From: Salinivirgaceae bacterium
GTDB taxonomy: Bacteria > Bacteroidota > Bacteroidia > Bacteroidales > SZUA-534
Length of the DNA: 64,000 nt
Direction of reading: 5' to 3'
Assembly (NCBI GenBank): GCA_024405635.1
Contig: JAKSOL010000006.1
Location: 32,001 to 96,000 of the forward strand
The translations under genes were made by a program, and so were the position numbers. Positions 19,770 through 29,938 of this stretch are shown piece by piece (the stretch's first letter is position 1; every line of letters begins with the position of its first letter). The notes beneath the pieces were generated by a model, which saw nothing but the letters and a program-made list of their open reading frames with translations, was not told where the DNA came from and searched no databases.

Positions 19770-20042
19770 TTATTCCCCAGCTATATAAACAACCGAATCC
19801 TCCGCCACTGTATGTTGGCACAGATTTGCTTGGGAAAACATGCCCTCAAAGCTAAGATCTTCGTCTAACAGAGGCCAATGAATGCCCGAATAGGAAAGAA
19901 TGAAATTTTCTCGTTGAGACTGTGTGGCATTGCTTAAAGTTGGCCATTGAGAAAACAGATAACTAGCCACCTTGCCATCTTTTGTTTCTGCATACACCGC
20001 GCTATCATCCACCCAAACTCTCTTTATTGTCATCATAGGCAT
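19770..20042 (-). CDS. DUF2442 domain protein (putative antitoxin)
   Basis: WPTLSNAT..QRENF..GIHWPLLDEDLSFEG. Confidence 0.85.
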   Translation of the reverse strand: MPMMTIKRVWVDDSAVYAETKDGKVASYLFSQWPTLSNATQSQRENFILSYSGIHWPLLDEDLSFEGMFSQANLCQHTVAEDSVVYIAGE

Positions 20043-20275
20043 TACTTTTTAAAATAATTTTTCCACCTATCAATAATAACATCTCTATTTTCTTCAATAA
20101 CAGATTCTATCAGTTTCAACTCATGAATCTTAAACCCATGATTATATATCTGTTCAATTTTTTCAACATTGTATTTTGCCTCTTGATTATCCTTAATCAC
20201 ATGCACATGAATAGGCTCATGATCATCAGAATAAAACATAAATCGAAAACCGAAAAAAATAAAAAGTGTAGGCAT
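20042..20275 (-). CDS. DUF4160 domain protein (putative toxin partner)
   Basis: MPT..GFRFMFYSDDHEPIHVHV..EAK..W; stop overlaps the DUF2442 start. Confidence 0.85.
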   Translation of the reverse strand: MPTLFIFFGFRFMFYSDDHEPIHVHVIKDNQEAKYNVEKIEQIYNHGFKIHELKLIESVIEENRDVIIDRWKNYFKK

Positions 20276-20460
20276 GTTTGTTTAAAATATAAAACTTTTC
20301 TCAAAGTTAACTTTTTTCTCATCAAACAATAAAATGATTGCACGCAAACAATGTAAACAAAACCTTATTTATGCTTAACTGATTTGATAGTCAAATAGTC
20401 TATAGTTCAATACTTTACTTTAGAGTAGAGGAGTGCGTAGCATTTTAAACCACACCCCAC

Positions 20461-20495
20461 AAAAAAAGGAGCTAGCGAATGCTAACTCCCTTTTT
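20461..20495 (-). terminator. Intrinsic terminator after adk
   Basis: aaaaaaaggagctagc-gaat-gctaactcccttttt. Confidence 0.75.
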
Positions 20496-20519
20496 ATTTG
20501 TTTGTATGACAGTACTTTA

Positions 20520-21095
20520 TTACAAAGCAGAGTCAATTGCCTTTGAAATGCGGCCAAACACCTCGTCAAGTGTACCAACTCCTTCAACCGAAACGTATTT
20601 GTTTTGTTTAGCGTAGAAGTCGATAACTGGCTGAGTTTGTTGTTTGTAAACAGCAATACGGTTGTTTACAATGTCAATGTTTTGGTCGTCGGCACGGCCC
20701 GATACTTTGCCACGTTCCATAATGCGAACGCGTAGTTCGTCATCGTTTACGTCAAGGGCAAGCATCATTGTAACCGATTCGCCAATTTCGCTCAACATTT
20801 GGTCAAGCCATGCGGCTTGGTCAGTTGTGCGAGGAAAACCATCGAAAATGAAACCTTTGGCATCGCGGTTTTTAACCACGTTGTTTTTTACCATTTCTTG
20901 TACCAATTCGTTTGGAACAAGGTTTCCTGCGTCAATAATGTCTTTAATCTTTTTGCCAAGTTCAGAACCTGAGTTCTTTTCAGCACGAAGCAAATCGCCT
21001 GTTGAAAGGTGTTTAAAACCATACTTTGCAATAATGTTTTCTGATTGAGTGCCCTTACCTGATCCTGGAGGGCCAAAAATTACAAGGTTGAACAT
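20520..21095 (-). CDS. adk: Adenylate kinase
   Basis: GPPGSGKGT, STGDLLR, DGFPRT and GRADD motifs. Confidence 0.96.
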   Translation of the reverse strand: MFNLVIFGPPGSGKGTQSENIIAKYGFKHLSTGDLLRAEKNSGSELGKKIKDIIDAGNLVPNELVQEMVKNNVVKNRDAKGFIFDGFPRTTDQAAWLDQMLSEIGESVTMMLALDVNDDELRVRIMERGKVSGRADDQNIDIVNNRIAVYKQQTQPVIDFYAKQNKYVSVEGVGTLDEVFGRISKAIDSAL

Positions 21096-21097
21096 AT

Positions 21098-21637
21098 TTA
21101 TTTAATAATTGTGTAAATGTCTTTTAAGTTGCGACCATAGCCGTCGTAATCGAGTCCGTAGCCTACTATAAAGTCGTTTGGAATTTTAAAACCGTAGTAG
21201 TCTATTGTAACATCTTCGCTGTAAACTGTTGGCTTAAACATTAGTGTGGCAATTTTAATGTTTGCCGGATTTTGTTGTTTAAGTTGGTTGGCTATCATTT
21301 TAATTGTTCGGCCAGTGTCAACAATGTCTTCAATAACTATAACGTTCTTTCCTTCAAGGCTTTCGCTTATGCCAATAAGTTGTTTAACCTCGCCAGTTGA
21401 ACTTGTTCCTTGGTACGATGATACTTTAATGAAACTGATTTTACTAACTAGGTTTATGGACTTTAGCAAGTCGGCTGCAAACATAAAACTGCCGTTAAGA
21501 ATGCCTATAAATACCACTTCTTGACCTTTAAAGTCGCTGTTTATTTGCTCAGCAACTTCGGCAACACGTTTTTGAATCTCGCTGCTTGTTAGCGATACTC
21601 CAAAGCGTTTTCCGTTAACGGTTATTTCGTTTTTCAT
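21098..21637 (-). CDS. hpt: Hypoxanthine phosphoribosyltransferase
   Basis: ILNGSFMF, VIEDIVDTG and FIVGYGLDY motifs. Confidence 0.95.
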   Translation of the reverse strand: MKNEITVNGKRFGVSLTSSEIQKRVAEVAEQINSDFKGQEVVFIGILNGSFMFAADLLKSINLVSKISFIKVSSYQGTSSTGEVKQLIGISESLEGKNVIVIEDIVDTGRTIKMIANQLKQQNPANIKIATLMFKPTVYSEDVTIDYYGFKIPNDFIVGYGLDYDGYGRNLKDIYTIIK

Positions 21638-21862
21638 GTTTTGTTGTTTTGTGGCGAAAGTAGGTAAAATACTATTGTTGTTTGTGTCTAAATATCAACA
21701 CTTTGAAAACAGTTTTTCAGTCTCTTAAGCATCTTTTTTATGTCAAATGTTGTGCCAAAGTTTATAGGTGACGTGTTTTTTAAACTTCTATACGTGTTTT
21801 GCGTATGCATCGGGTTACAAATTGCAGTTCAATGTATTTACTGGCAATGGTTTGGGAAAAAC

Positions 21863-21899
21863 AAAAATCCCCGTCAGCGCATTGGTTGACAGGGATTTT
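21863..21899 (-). terminator. Intrinsic terminator after valS
   Basis: aaaaatccccgtcagc...gttgacagggatttt. Confidence 0.7.
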
Positions 21900-21920
21900 G
21901 AATTGTATTGTAAGTCGATT

Positions 21921-24635
21921 TTATTTGCTCAAAGCGGCAATTTGGTCGGCAATAGCCTTCAATTTTGCCTCAGCATCGGCTTGTTTTTTGCGTTCGTTGT
22001 TTACAACAGCTTCAGGTGCTCCGCTTACAAATTTCTCGTTCGATAGTTTTTTCAATACCGAAGCAAGAAATTGTTCGTAATACTCTTTGTCTTTTGCAAG
22101 TTTAGCAAGTTCGGCTTCAACATCAACGTTGCTAGTGTTTAATGGAATGTAGAATTCGCTTGTCTTAACCATAAACACAGCAGCGGTAGCATCTTTTTCT
22201 TTTGCAGGTTCAATGCTATCGATGTTTGCCATTTTGCAAACCACACTGTTAAATGTAGCGTTGTAACCTTTGTCGGCCGCGTTTACTTTAAGCGACAAAG
22301 TTTCTTTCATGGCAATGTTTTTCGATTTACGAACGTTGCGAATTTCAGTAATTAGTTGTTCGGCATCTTCAAATGCAGTTAGGTAATCGGCATCGAATTT
22401 GCCAGCAACTGGCCACGACGAAACAACCAAACTATCTTCAACCTTGCGGTCGGTAATGGTTTGCCAAATTTCTTCGGTAATAAATGGCATAAATGGATGC
22501 AACAACTTGAGTAGTTTTTCAAAAATCTCAATAGCTGCGTCGTAAGTTGTTTTGTCGCAAGCAGTTTGGTAAGATGGTTTAATAATCTCAAGGAACCACG
22601 ATGAAAAATCGTCCCAAACAAGGCGATAAACAGTCATAAGAGCCTCTGACAAGCGGAACTTGTCAAAGTGGTCGTTAAGTTGTTCAATGGTTGCGCTCAA
22701 TTTTTGGTTAAACCATTCAATTGCTATGCGCGACGATTCTGGTTGTGCCAATTTGTCGTCAACGTCCCAGTTATAAATCAAACGGAAGGCGTTCCAAAGT
22801 TTGCTAGCAAAGTTGCGGCCTTGCTCGCAAAGGCTTTCGTCAAACAAGATATCGTTTCCTGCTGGAGCCGATAGCATCATACCCATACGAACACCGTCAG
22901 CGCCAAAGTCGGCAATCAATTTTAGTGGGTCAGGCGAGTTTCCAAGCGATTTGCTCATTTTGCGACCAAGTTTATCGCGAACAATACCAGTAAAGTAAAC
23001 GTTTCTGAATGGTATTTGTTTTTGATATTCGCAACCAGCCATAATCATTCGAGCTACCCAGAAGAAAATAATATCGGGACCAGTTACAAGGTCTGATGTA
23101 GGGTAGTAGTAGCTAATTTCTTTGTTACCTGGGTTGTTAATTCCATCAAATAGCGAAACTGGCCACAACCACGACGAGAACCAAGTATCAAGAGCATCTT
23201 CGTCGCGATGAAGTTGGTCGGCTGTAATGTTTTCGCCATACTTAGCTTTTGCTTTTGCTAGTGCATCTTCTTCAGTAAGTGCAACAACAAAGCACTCTTC
23301 GTCACCTTCGGCACCGTCGATAAAGTAAGCTGGTATGCGATGTCCCCACCAAAGTTGACGAGAGATACACCAGTCTTGAATATTCTCAAGCCAGTTTTTG
23401 TATGTTGTTACATACTTATTAGGATAGAATTTTAACTCGCCTGAAAGTACTGGAGGAAGAGCAATGTCGGCCATGTGTTGCATTGCAAGGAACCATTGTT
23501 TGCAAAGACGAGGTTCAACGGCCGTGTCTTGGTTACGTTCAGAATAGCCAACCTTGTTGTCGTAATCTTCAATGTGGTCCATAAGGCCAGCAGTTTGAAG
23601 GTCAACTGCAATTTGTTTACGAACATCCATACGGTCTTGGCCTACGTACATGCCTGCAGCCTCTGAAATTGTTCCGTCTGGGTTAAAGATGTCGATAGTC
23701 TCAAGATTGTGAGTTTTACCTAAGTTGTAGTCGTTTACGTCGTGGGCTGGAGTTACCTTTAAGCAGCCTGTACCAAATTCAATATCAACGTAACGGTCTT
23801 CAATAACAGGAATAACACGACCTACTAATGGAACGATTACTTTGTGCCCGCGCAACCAGTGATTTTTAGGGTCTTTAGGGTTGATACACATAGCTGTATC
23901 GCCCATAATTGTTTCGGGACGAGTTGTAGCAACAACTGCAAAATAGCCTTTTTCGTCTTTGTGGAAAACTTCGCCCTCTTCGTCAGTAAGAACAACTGGG
24001 TTTGTTTCGGCATCGGCAACGTAATATTTCAAGTGATAGAGCTTTGATTTCTCTTCACGATAAATAACCTCTTCGGTTGAAAGTACGGTTTGTGCTTTTG
24101 GGTCCCAGTTTACCATGCGCAGACCGCGATAGATGTAACCTTTTTCGTAAAGGTCAACAAATACCTTAAGCACAGATTCGGAGCGAATGTCGTCCATTGT
24201 GAAAGCTGTACGATCCCAGTCGCATGAAGCACCAAGTTTTCGAAGTTGTTTCAAAATGATGCCACCATGCTCGTTGGTCCAATCCCAAGCGTGTTTCAGG
24301 AACTCTTCGCGAGTAAGGTCGGTTTTCTTAATACCTTGTTGTGCAAGTTTGTTTACAACCTTTGCCTCAGTTGCAATTGAAGCGTGGTCGGTTCCGGGTA
24401 CCCAACACGCATTTTTGCCATCAAGGCGTGCCTTACGTATAAGGATATCTTGAATTGTATTGTTAAGCATGTGACCCATGTGTAGCACACCAGTAACATT
24501 TGGTGGGGGAATAACCACTGTGTATGGTTTACGGCTATCGGGTTCGGAGTGGAAAAATTTGTTGTCCAACCAAAATTGATACCACTTTTCTTCAGCGGCG
24601 GTTGGGTTGTACTTTGCTTCTAACTCTTTTTTCAT
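21921..24635 (-). CDS. valS: Valine--tRNA ligase
   Basis: PPPNVTG.LHMGH, DWCISRQLWWGH and KMSKS motifs; C-terminal coiled coil. Confidence 0.98.
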   Translation of the reverse strand: MKKELEAKYNPTAAEEKWYQFWLDNKFFHSEPDSRKPYTVVIPPPNVTGVLHMGHMLNNTIQDILIRKARLDGKNACWVPGTDHASIATEAKVVNKLAQQGIKKTDLTREEFLKHAWDWTNEHGGIILKQLRKLGASCDWDRTAFTMDDIRSESVLKVFVDLYEKGYIYRGLRMVNWDPKAQTVLSTEEVIYREEKSKLYHLKYYVADAETNPVVLTDEEGEVFHKDEKGYFAVVATTRPETIMGDTAMCINPKDPKNHWLRGHKVIVPLVGRVIPVIEDRYVDIEFGTGCLKVTPAHDVNDYNLGKTHNLETIDIFNPDGTISEAAGMYVGQDRMDVRKQIAVDLQTAGLMDHIEDYDNKVGYSERNQDTAVEPRLCKQWFLAMQHMADIALPPVLSGELKFYPNKYVTTYKNWLENIQDWCISRQLWWGHRIPAYFIDGAEGDEECFVVALTEEDALAKAKAKYGENITADQLHRDEDALDTWFSSWLWPVSLFDGINNPGNKEISYYYPTSDLVTGPDIIFFWVARMIMAGCEYQKQIPFRNVYFTGIVRDKLGRKMSKSLGNSPDPLKLIADFGADGVRMGMMLSAPAGNDILFDESLCEQGRNFASKLWNAFRLIYNWDVDDKLAQPESSRIAIEWFNQKLSATIEQLNDHFDKFRLSEALMTVYRLVWDDFSSWFLEIIKPSYQTACDKTTYDAAIEIFEKLLKLLHPFMPFITEEIWQTITDRKVEDSLVVSSWPVAGKFDADYLTAFEDAEQLITEIRNVRKSKNIAMKETLSLKVNAADKGYNATFNSVVCKMANIDSIEPAKEKDATAAVFMVKTSEFYIPLNTSNVDVEAELAKLAKDKEYYEQFLASVLKKLSNEKFVSGAPEAVVNNERKKQADAEAKLKAIADQIAALSK

Positions 24636-24657
24636 TCTAGAATATTTTTGAGAGTTG

Positions 24658-24665
24658 CAAAGGTA
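24658..24665 (-). promoter_or_regulatory. Bacteroidetes -7 promoter element for valS
   Basis: TACCTTTG on the minus strand. Confidence 0.6.
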
Positions 24666-24763
24666 GAAAAATCAATTTGGAATTATTCGTTTGTGCATTT
24701 ATAAACACAAAAAAGGGTAGAACAATTGTGCCTACCCATAGATTTTTATGCTTAAAACAAGAT

Positions 24764-25651
24764 TTACTTAATTCGGTCTTTAGTGTAGTTGATTTTTACG
24801 CCTCTATCTTCAACTACTAAATTTAAGTTGCTAATAACCGATTTAGGTTCATATTGTCCGTTCATAATGCCAAGACAAATTTCGCCCACGTCTTTCACTC
24901 GTTTTGGTGTTTCGATGTTGTCGCCATCATTATGTCCAGGGAAAAGATGTGTAATGCCGTATCTTTCAATTAGCAAATTCATGCGGTGGCACGTTGCAAT
25001 TTCAGTTGATAGATTAGTGAATACAAGCAAATTGGTAGAACCAAAGGCATCGGCACTGAACCCATATTTTGCTTCGCGGTCAATAAACGAAGTTGAGCCG
25101 GGTGTATGTCCTGGGGTAAATACAATGTCGATATTACGGTTGCCAAGTTTAATTTCTTCGCCATCGTTCATAAAGTGGATTTTGCCTTTGTACGATTCTG
25201 CAAATTTTGGAAACATAGCCAAGTCGGCTGAGTTTATCCAAAGTTCGTCCCATTCGTTTATAGCCGAACCTGCGTGGTCGCTATGCAAATGACTCAAGTA
25301 TAGTTTAACGGGCTTGTTGTGAACCAATTCTTCAGCAATTTTTCTCAAACCTGGCATTCTAACACCTGCGTCAATCAGCATTGCACAATTGTTACCTTCA
25401 ATAAGATAAACCGACTCGTTGAAACAAAGATTTCCAAATCCATGCCAAGTGTGTTGGTCGATGCTTTGAATGGTTATGTTTTCGTTTTCTAACACTCGGT
25501 TTAAAGAAATTGACTTTTGTTGCTCAATGCTTTGAGTGGTTGTGTCTTCTTTGCTATTGACGTTTGAATCAACTGTTTTTGTGTGGCTTTTTGTGCATGA
25601 TGTAGCAATCAATAAAAGAGCTGTGGTTACTGATAGAAGGGTATTTTTCAT
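24764..25651 (-). CDS. MBL-fold metallo-hydrolase, lipoprotein
   Basis: Lipobox ATSC; SHLHSDH, PGHTPGS, AD and PGH motifs. Confidence 0.88.
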   Translation of the reverse strand: MKNTLLSVTTALLLIATSCTKSHTKTVDSNVNSKEDTTTQSIEQQKSISLNRVLENENITIQSIDQHTWHGFGNLCFNESVYLIEGNNCAMLIDAGVRMPGLRKIAEELVHNKPVKLYLSHLHSDHAGSAINEWDELWINSADLAMFPKFAESYKGKIHFMNDGEEIKLGNRNIDIVFTPGHTPGSTSFIDREAKYGFSADAFGSTNLLVFTNLSTEIATCHRMNLLIERYGITHLFPGHNDGDNIETPKRVKDVGEICLGIMNGQYEPKSVISNLNLVVEDRGVKINYTKDRIK

Positions 25652-25710
25652 TGGTTATGTTTTTTAGTTTGATAAAGGTAATAATTCTGTGTTAGAATAT
25701 TTGGTGGTAT

Positions 25711-25745
25711 AAAAAAAGCGTTGCTCAACAAATGGGCAACGCTTT
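25711..25745 (-). terminator. Intrinsic terminator after the rnf operon
   Basis: aaaaaaagcgttgctc-aacaaat-gggcaacgcttt. Confidence 0.8.
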
Positions 25746-25786
25746 AGTTTATTGTTAAAAACAAGAGATAAACTCTTGCTTTTTAA

Positions 25787-26362
25787 TTATTTAACCAATC
25801 CTGAGAATCCCATAAAGGCCATGGCTAAAATGCCTGCAGTTACAAGCGAAATAGGAAAACCTTGCATAGATTTTGGAGTGTCGCTAAGGTTAATTTGTTC
25901 GCGTATGCCAGCAAACAATACCAAAGCAAAGCCAAAACCAACTGCATTTGAAATGGCAAACACAACGCTTTGAAGCAAGTTGTAGTCTTTTTGAATAACC
26001 AACAAAGCAACGCCCAAGATGCAGCAGTTGGTGGTTATAAGAGGCAAGAATACACCCAAAGCTTGATATAACGATGGCGACACTTTTTTTAGCACAATCT
26101 CAACCATTTGCACCAAAGCAGCAATAATCAAAATAAATGTAATGGTGCGTAGGTAATCGATGTGGAGTGGGGCAAGTACGTAAGTTTGAACCAAGTAAGT
26201 TACAATGGTTGCAATGGTTAGCACAAATGCAACAGCACCCGACATGCCAAGTGCAGTGTCAACCTTTTTTGATACTCCCAAAAATGGGCAGATTCCAAGG
26301 AATTGCGACAGTACGATGTTATTTACAAAAACTGCAGCTACAAATATCAATATGTATTCCAT
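25787..26362 (-). CDS. rnfA: Rnf electron transport complex subunit A
   Basis: NIVLSQFLGICP and LPLITTNC motifs. Confidence 0.95.
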   Translation of the reverse strand: MEYILIFVAAVFVNNIVLSQFLGICPFLGVSKKVDTALGMSGAVAFVLTIATIVTYLVQTYVLAPLHIDYLRTITFILIIAALVQMVEIVLKKVSPSLYQALGVFLPLITTNCCILGVALLVIQKDYNLLQSVVFAISNAVGFGFALVLFAGIREQINLSDTPKSMQGFPISLVTAGILAMAFMGFSGLVK

Positions 26363-26375
26363 AATTGTCGGAGGT

Positions 26376-26963
26376 TTAAGATTTACGTAGTTTGTTAACA
26401 GCGGCTATTAGGAACCCAAGCACAATAAATGCTCCAGGTGCCAACACAAATACTAGCATTCCATACGATTCAGGATAGATAGACAATCCGAACATGTGAC
26501 CAGTGCCAAGCAATTCGCGCACACAACCAATCATTGTTAGCGCAATGGTAAAACCAAGTCCCATGCCCAATCCGTCAAACAACGATGGAACAATGCCGTT
26601 TTTAGCAGCAAATGCCTCGGCACGACCAAGCACAATGCAGTTAACCACAATAAGTGGAATAAACAATCCTAAACTAGCGTATAGAGCAGGAATATATGCT
26701 TGCATTACCATTTCAACCATTGTTACAAACGATGCTATAATAACAATGTAAGCAGGAATGTGAACCTTGTCTGGAATAAGGTTACGCAATAACGATATAA
26801 CTACGTTTGAGCATATAAGCACAAATGTTGTGGCTAAGCCCATACTCATACCATTTATAGCCGACGATGTTGTTCCCAAAGTAGGGCACATGCCCAAAAG
26901 CAGGGCAAATGTCGGATTCTCTTTTATAATTCCGTTCAGCAGAACTTTCACGTTGTTATTCAT
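26376..26963 (-). CDS. rnfE: Rnf subunit E
   Basis: ENP..LLGMCP and PLIVVNCIVLGRAE motifs. Confidence 0.95.
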   Translation of the reverse strand: MNNNVKVLLNGIIKENPTFALLLGMCPTLGTTSSAINGMSMGLATTFVLICSNVVISLLRNLIPDKVHIPAYIVIIASFVTMVEMVMQAYIPALYASLGLFIPLIVVNCIVLGRAEAFAAKNGIVPSLFDGLGMGLGFTIALTMIGCVRELLGTGHMFGLSIYPESYGMLVFVLAPGAFIVLGFLIAAVNKLRKS

Positions 26964-26965
26964 TG

Positions 26966-27640
26966 CTATAGCCCTCCATTTGTTGTGGCGCCAGAGTTGG
27001 CGTCGGTGTTAGTAGGTTGTGGTTTGTCGTTTGCTGCAGCGTATGCGGCGTATGCAACACGAACCGATTCCAAAAATGCTCGTGAACTTATGGTTGATGC
27101 TGTTATGGCATCAATGTCGCCACCATCTTTGCTTACGGTCATGTTTACTTCGGCTGGGTTTTTACCAATAATTGAACTATTCTTTTCAATTGTTTTTACC
27201 TCATAGCCAAAGATGGTTTCAAGTAAACTTTTTGTTTTTTCGCCTTGTGGTTTGAACCATGTAACCATTTGAGTTCCAAGTCCTGGTGTTTCTTTTTGTT
27301 CCAAAACTGAATAACCTGTAATAATGCCTTGTGCATCAAAACCCACCATAACTTTTATTTCGCCACCAAAACCATTTGCCGATTTTGACTCAACAGCTGC
27401 ACCAACAAATTCGCCGCCTTTGTAGGCTTTGTTTATGTTTAAACCATTTGCTTCTTCAGCTTTAATTTCGTCAAAATCAGAAATAACTGCCTTTATAGCC
27501 TCTTGTTGTTTAGCTGCTTTCGATTGCTCAATTGGTCCGCTAGTTATGTTGTTCAGAATTGCCAATAGCCCAGCAGCCACCACCGCTATCACCGATAGCG
27601 ACACTACCATGTTTTTAAATGATGATTCTAACTTAGCCAT
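26966..27640 (-). CDS. rnfG: Rnf subunit G
   Basis: GFGG, ETPGLG and IDAITASTISS (FMN attachment) motifs. Confidence 0.92.
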   Translation of the reverse strand: MAKLESSFKNMVVSLSVIAVVAAGLLAILNNITSGPIEQSKAAKQQEAIKAVISDFDEIKAEEANGLNINKAYKGGEFVGAAVESKSANGFGGEIKVMVGFDAQGIITGYSVLEQKETPGLGTQMVTWFKPQGEKTKSLLETIFGYEVKTIEKNSSIIGKNPAEVNMTVSKDGGDIDAITASTISSRAFLESVRVAYAAYAAANDKPQPTNTDANSGATTNGGL

Positions 27641-28599
27641 TATTTTACCTCCCCGAATCTTTTTGGTTTAATATATGTATTGATGAGTGGTGTTACGGCA
27701 TTCATAATCAAAATGGCAAAACTCATACCCTCTGGATATGCTCCAAAGTTGCGGATTACAACTGTAATTACTGCAATGCCTATTGCATAAACCACACAAC
27801 CCATTTTGCTCATTGGCGATGTAACATAGTCAGTTGCCATAAAAATAGCACCAAGCATTAAACCTCCTGAAAGCAAGTGAGTTACAGGGCTTGCAAAGTC
27901 GGCTGGCGATGCAGCAAACAAAATGCCTTGAAAAACAAACACTGTAGCAAAAATAGTTACAGGTATGTGCCATGTAATAACCTTACGATAAAGCAAGAAT
28001 GCAAAGCCCAACAACAATGCAACTGCTGATACTTCGCCAAGCGAACCTCCCATATTACCAAGCAATAGGTCAATGTCGGTTGGAACTGTGCCAAAGTGAT
28101 TTTTAATCATTGCTAGGGTAGTGGCTCCAGTTTCGCCATCGATGTATTTGGTTGCAAATCCCATTGGTTTTGGCCATGTGGTCATTTGTACTGGGAACGA
28201 CAACAACAAGAACACACGTCCAACCAATGCAGGGTTGAATGGGTTTTGTCCCAATCCGCCAAACGACATTTTACCAATAACAATTGCCACAAACGCACCA
28301 ACAATAACAATGCCTATTGGCAAGTTTGCTGGTAGGTTAAATGCAAGCAACAAACCTGTTAAAATGGCCGAGCAATCAGCAATAGTTGATTTCTTTTTAA
28401 GGAAGAAACGTGTAATCAGGTACTCAAATGCCAAGCAACTGATAACCGATGTGAGAGTTACGATAATTGCGCCCAAACCAAAGTGGATTACAGAAACCAC
28501 CAAAGCGGGGATCAATGCTATGATTACCGATAGCATCAATTCTTGAGTTGTCACCTCACTGCGTACGTGTGGCGACGGAGATACTACTAAACTGTTCAT
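27640..28599 (-). CDS. rnfD: Rnf subunit D
   Basis: SPH, FGGLGQNPFNPA, TGAT and FMATDYVTSP motifs. Confidence 0.95.
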   Translation of the reverse strand: MNSLVVSPSPHVRSEVTTQELMLSVIIALIPALVVSVIHFGLGAIIVTLTSVISCLAFEYLITRFFLKKKSTIADCSAILTGLLLAFNLPANLPIGIVIVGAFVAIVIGKMSFGGLGQNPFNPALVGRVFLLLSFPVQMTTWPKPMGFATKYIDGETGATTLAMIKNHFGTVPTDIDLLLGNMGGSLGEVSAVALLLGFAFLLYRKVITWHIPVTIFATVFVFQGILFAASPADFASPVTHLLSGGLMLGAIFMATDYVTSPMSKMGCVVYAIGIAVITVVIRNFGAYPEGMSFAILIMNAVTPLINTYIKPKRFGEVK

Positions 28600-29927
28600 T
28601 GTTTTCTTGATCTGATTATTTTACCAACAGTGTTTTTTCCAAGTCTAATATAGTCGAGCAATGGCCTATTTGCGGGGCATGTAAACAAGCACGAACCGCA
28701 TTCAATGCAGTCCATTACGTGGTTTTGTTCTTCCTCGTCCCACATTTGCTTTTGGCTATATAGCGATAGCAAATAAGGTTCAAGTCCCATTGGACAAGCC
28801 TCAATGCACTTGCCGCAACGTACGCATGCCGATGCTTCTGGTCTAACCGACTCTTCTTTGCTCATAAGCAATAGTCCCGATGTACCTTTAGTTATAGTAG
28901 AATCGAGATTGCTCATTGCTTTACCCATCATAGGGCCTCCACTTATCACTTTACCAGTTAATTCTAAATTGCCACCAGCAGCAGCAATTAGTTCGCTAAC
29001 AGGAGTTCCGATGCGTGCCAAGAAGTTTGTGGGGTTGGCTACTGTTTTACCTGTAACGGTTACAACACGCTCTATAAGTGGTTTGTTTTTTTGTACGGCT
29101 TCGTAAACTGCAAATGCAGTACCAACGTTTTGCACCACTGCATTCACATCAATTGGCAAACGTCCCGATGGAACTTCGCGGCCTGTAACAGCGTTAATAA
29201 GTTGTTTTTCGCCGCCTTGTGGATATTTAAGTTTTAGTGGTACAATTTCAATTTCTGGAGAGTTGGCTGTTGCTTTTTGTAGCTTTTCAATTGCATCTGG
29301 CTTGTTGTTTTCAACACCAATAAATGCTTTGTTTACGTTGATGGCTTTCATTAAAATGCGAACACCAACTAGCAACTCTTCGGTTTTTTCAAGCATTAAA
29401 CGATGGTCGGCAGTCAAATATGGCTCGCACTCCACGCCATTAATTATCAAGAATTCTGCTTTTTTACCCTCAGGTATTGCTAATTTAACGTGAGCAGGAA
29501 AAGTTGCACCGCCCATACCAACAATACCAGCATCTTTAATTTTGCCAATAATTGTAGCAGCGTCGTCTTTAATTTCGGTTACAAGTGTGGCAGAACGGTC
29601 AATTGTTTCAATCCACTCGTCGCCTTCAACGGTGATGTGAACGGCTGGTTTTTTAAATCCTGCAACGTCAATAGTATCTTCAACTTTTAATACTGTACCC
29701 GAAACAGGAGAGTGAATGTTGGCCGATACAAAGCCTGTTGCTGTACCAATCAGTTGACCAACTTTTACCACATCGCCTTTAGCTACTGCGGCTGTTGCAG
29801 GGGCGCCAATGTGTTGTCCAAGTGGCACAATGGCAACTTTGGGCAAGTTGGCTGTTTGTATTGGATTTTGTGCAGAGAGTTTGTTTGCCTCTGGATGCAC
29901 ACCTCCTTTGTTAAATGTTTTTAGCAT
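28596..29927 (-). CDS. rnfC: Rnf subunit C
   Basis: QHIGAP, GMGGATFP, ECEPY motifs and two 4Fe-4S motifs. Confidence 0.96.
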   Translation of the reverse strand: MLKTFNKGGVHPEANKLSAQNPIQTANLPKVAIVPLGQHIGAPATAAVAKGDVVKVGQLIGTATGFVSANIHSPVSGTVLKVEDTIDVAGFKKPAVHITVEGDEWIETIDRSATLVTEIKDDAATIIGKIKDAGIVGMGGATFPAHVKLAIPEGKKAEFLIINGVECEPYLTADHRLMLEKTEELLVGVRILMKAINVNKAFIGVENNKPDAIEKLQKATANSPEIEIVPLKLKYPQGGEKQLINAVTGREVPSGRLPIDVNAVVQNVGTAFAVYEAVQKNKPLIERVVTVTGKTVANPTNFLARIGTPVSELIAAAGGNLELTGKVISGGPMMGKAMSNLDSTITKGTSGLLLMSKEESVRPEASACVRCGKCIEACPMGLEPYLLSLYSQKQMWDEEEQNHVMDCIECGSCLFTCPANRPLLDYIRLGKNTVGKIIRSRKQ

Positions 29928-29938
29928 AGGTAATGTAT

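Larger units (their letters stand above)
10800..20400. mobile_element. Accessory (defence-like) island between adk and obgE; boundaries approximate, no integrase seen
   Basis: Cluster of helicase, nuclease, peptidase and TA-like genes plus relics, interrupting housekeeping genes. Confidence 0.6.

Noticed and set aside
19589-19855. 88-aa plus-strand ORF
   Set aside because: TTG start, low complexity, spans the direct repeat and overlaps DUF2442 antisense.
20383-20407. TTTGA-N3-TCAAA palindrome and ATAGTC repeats as a TA operator
   Set aside because: Too short and AT-rich to distinguish from chance.
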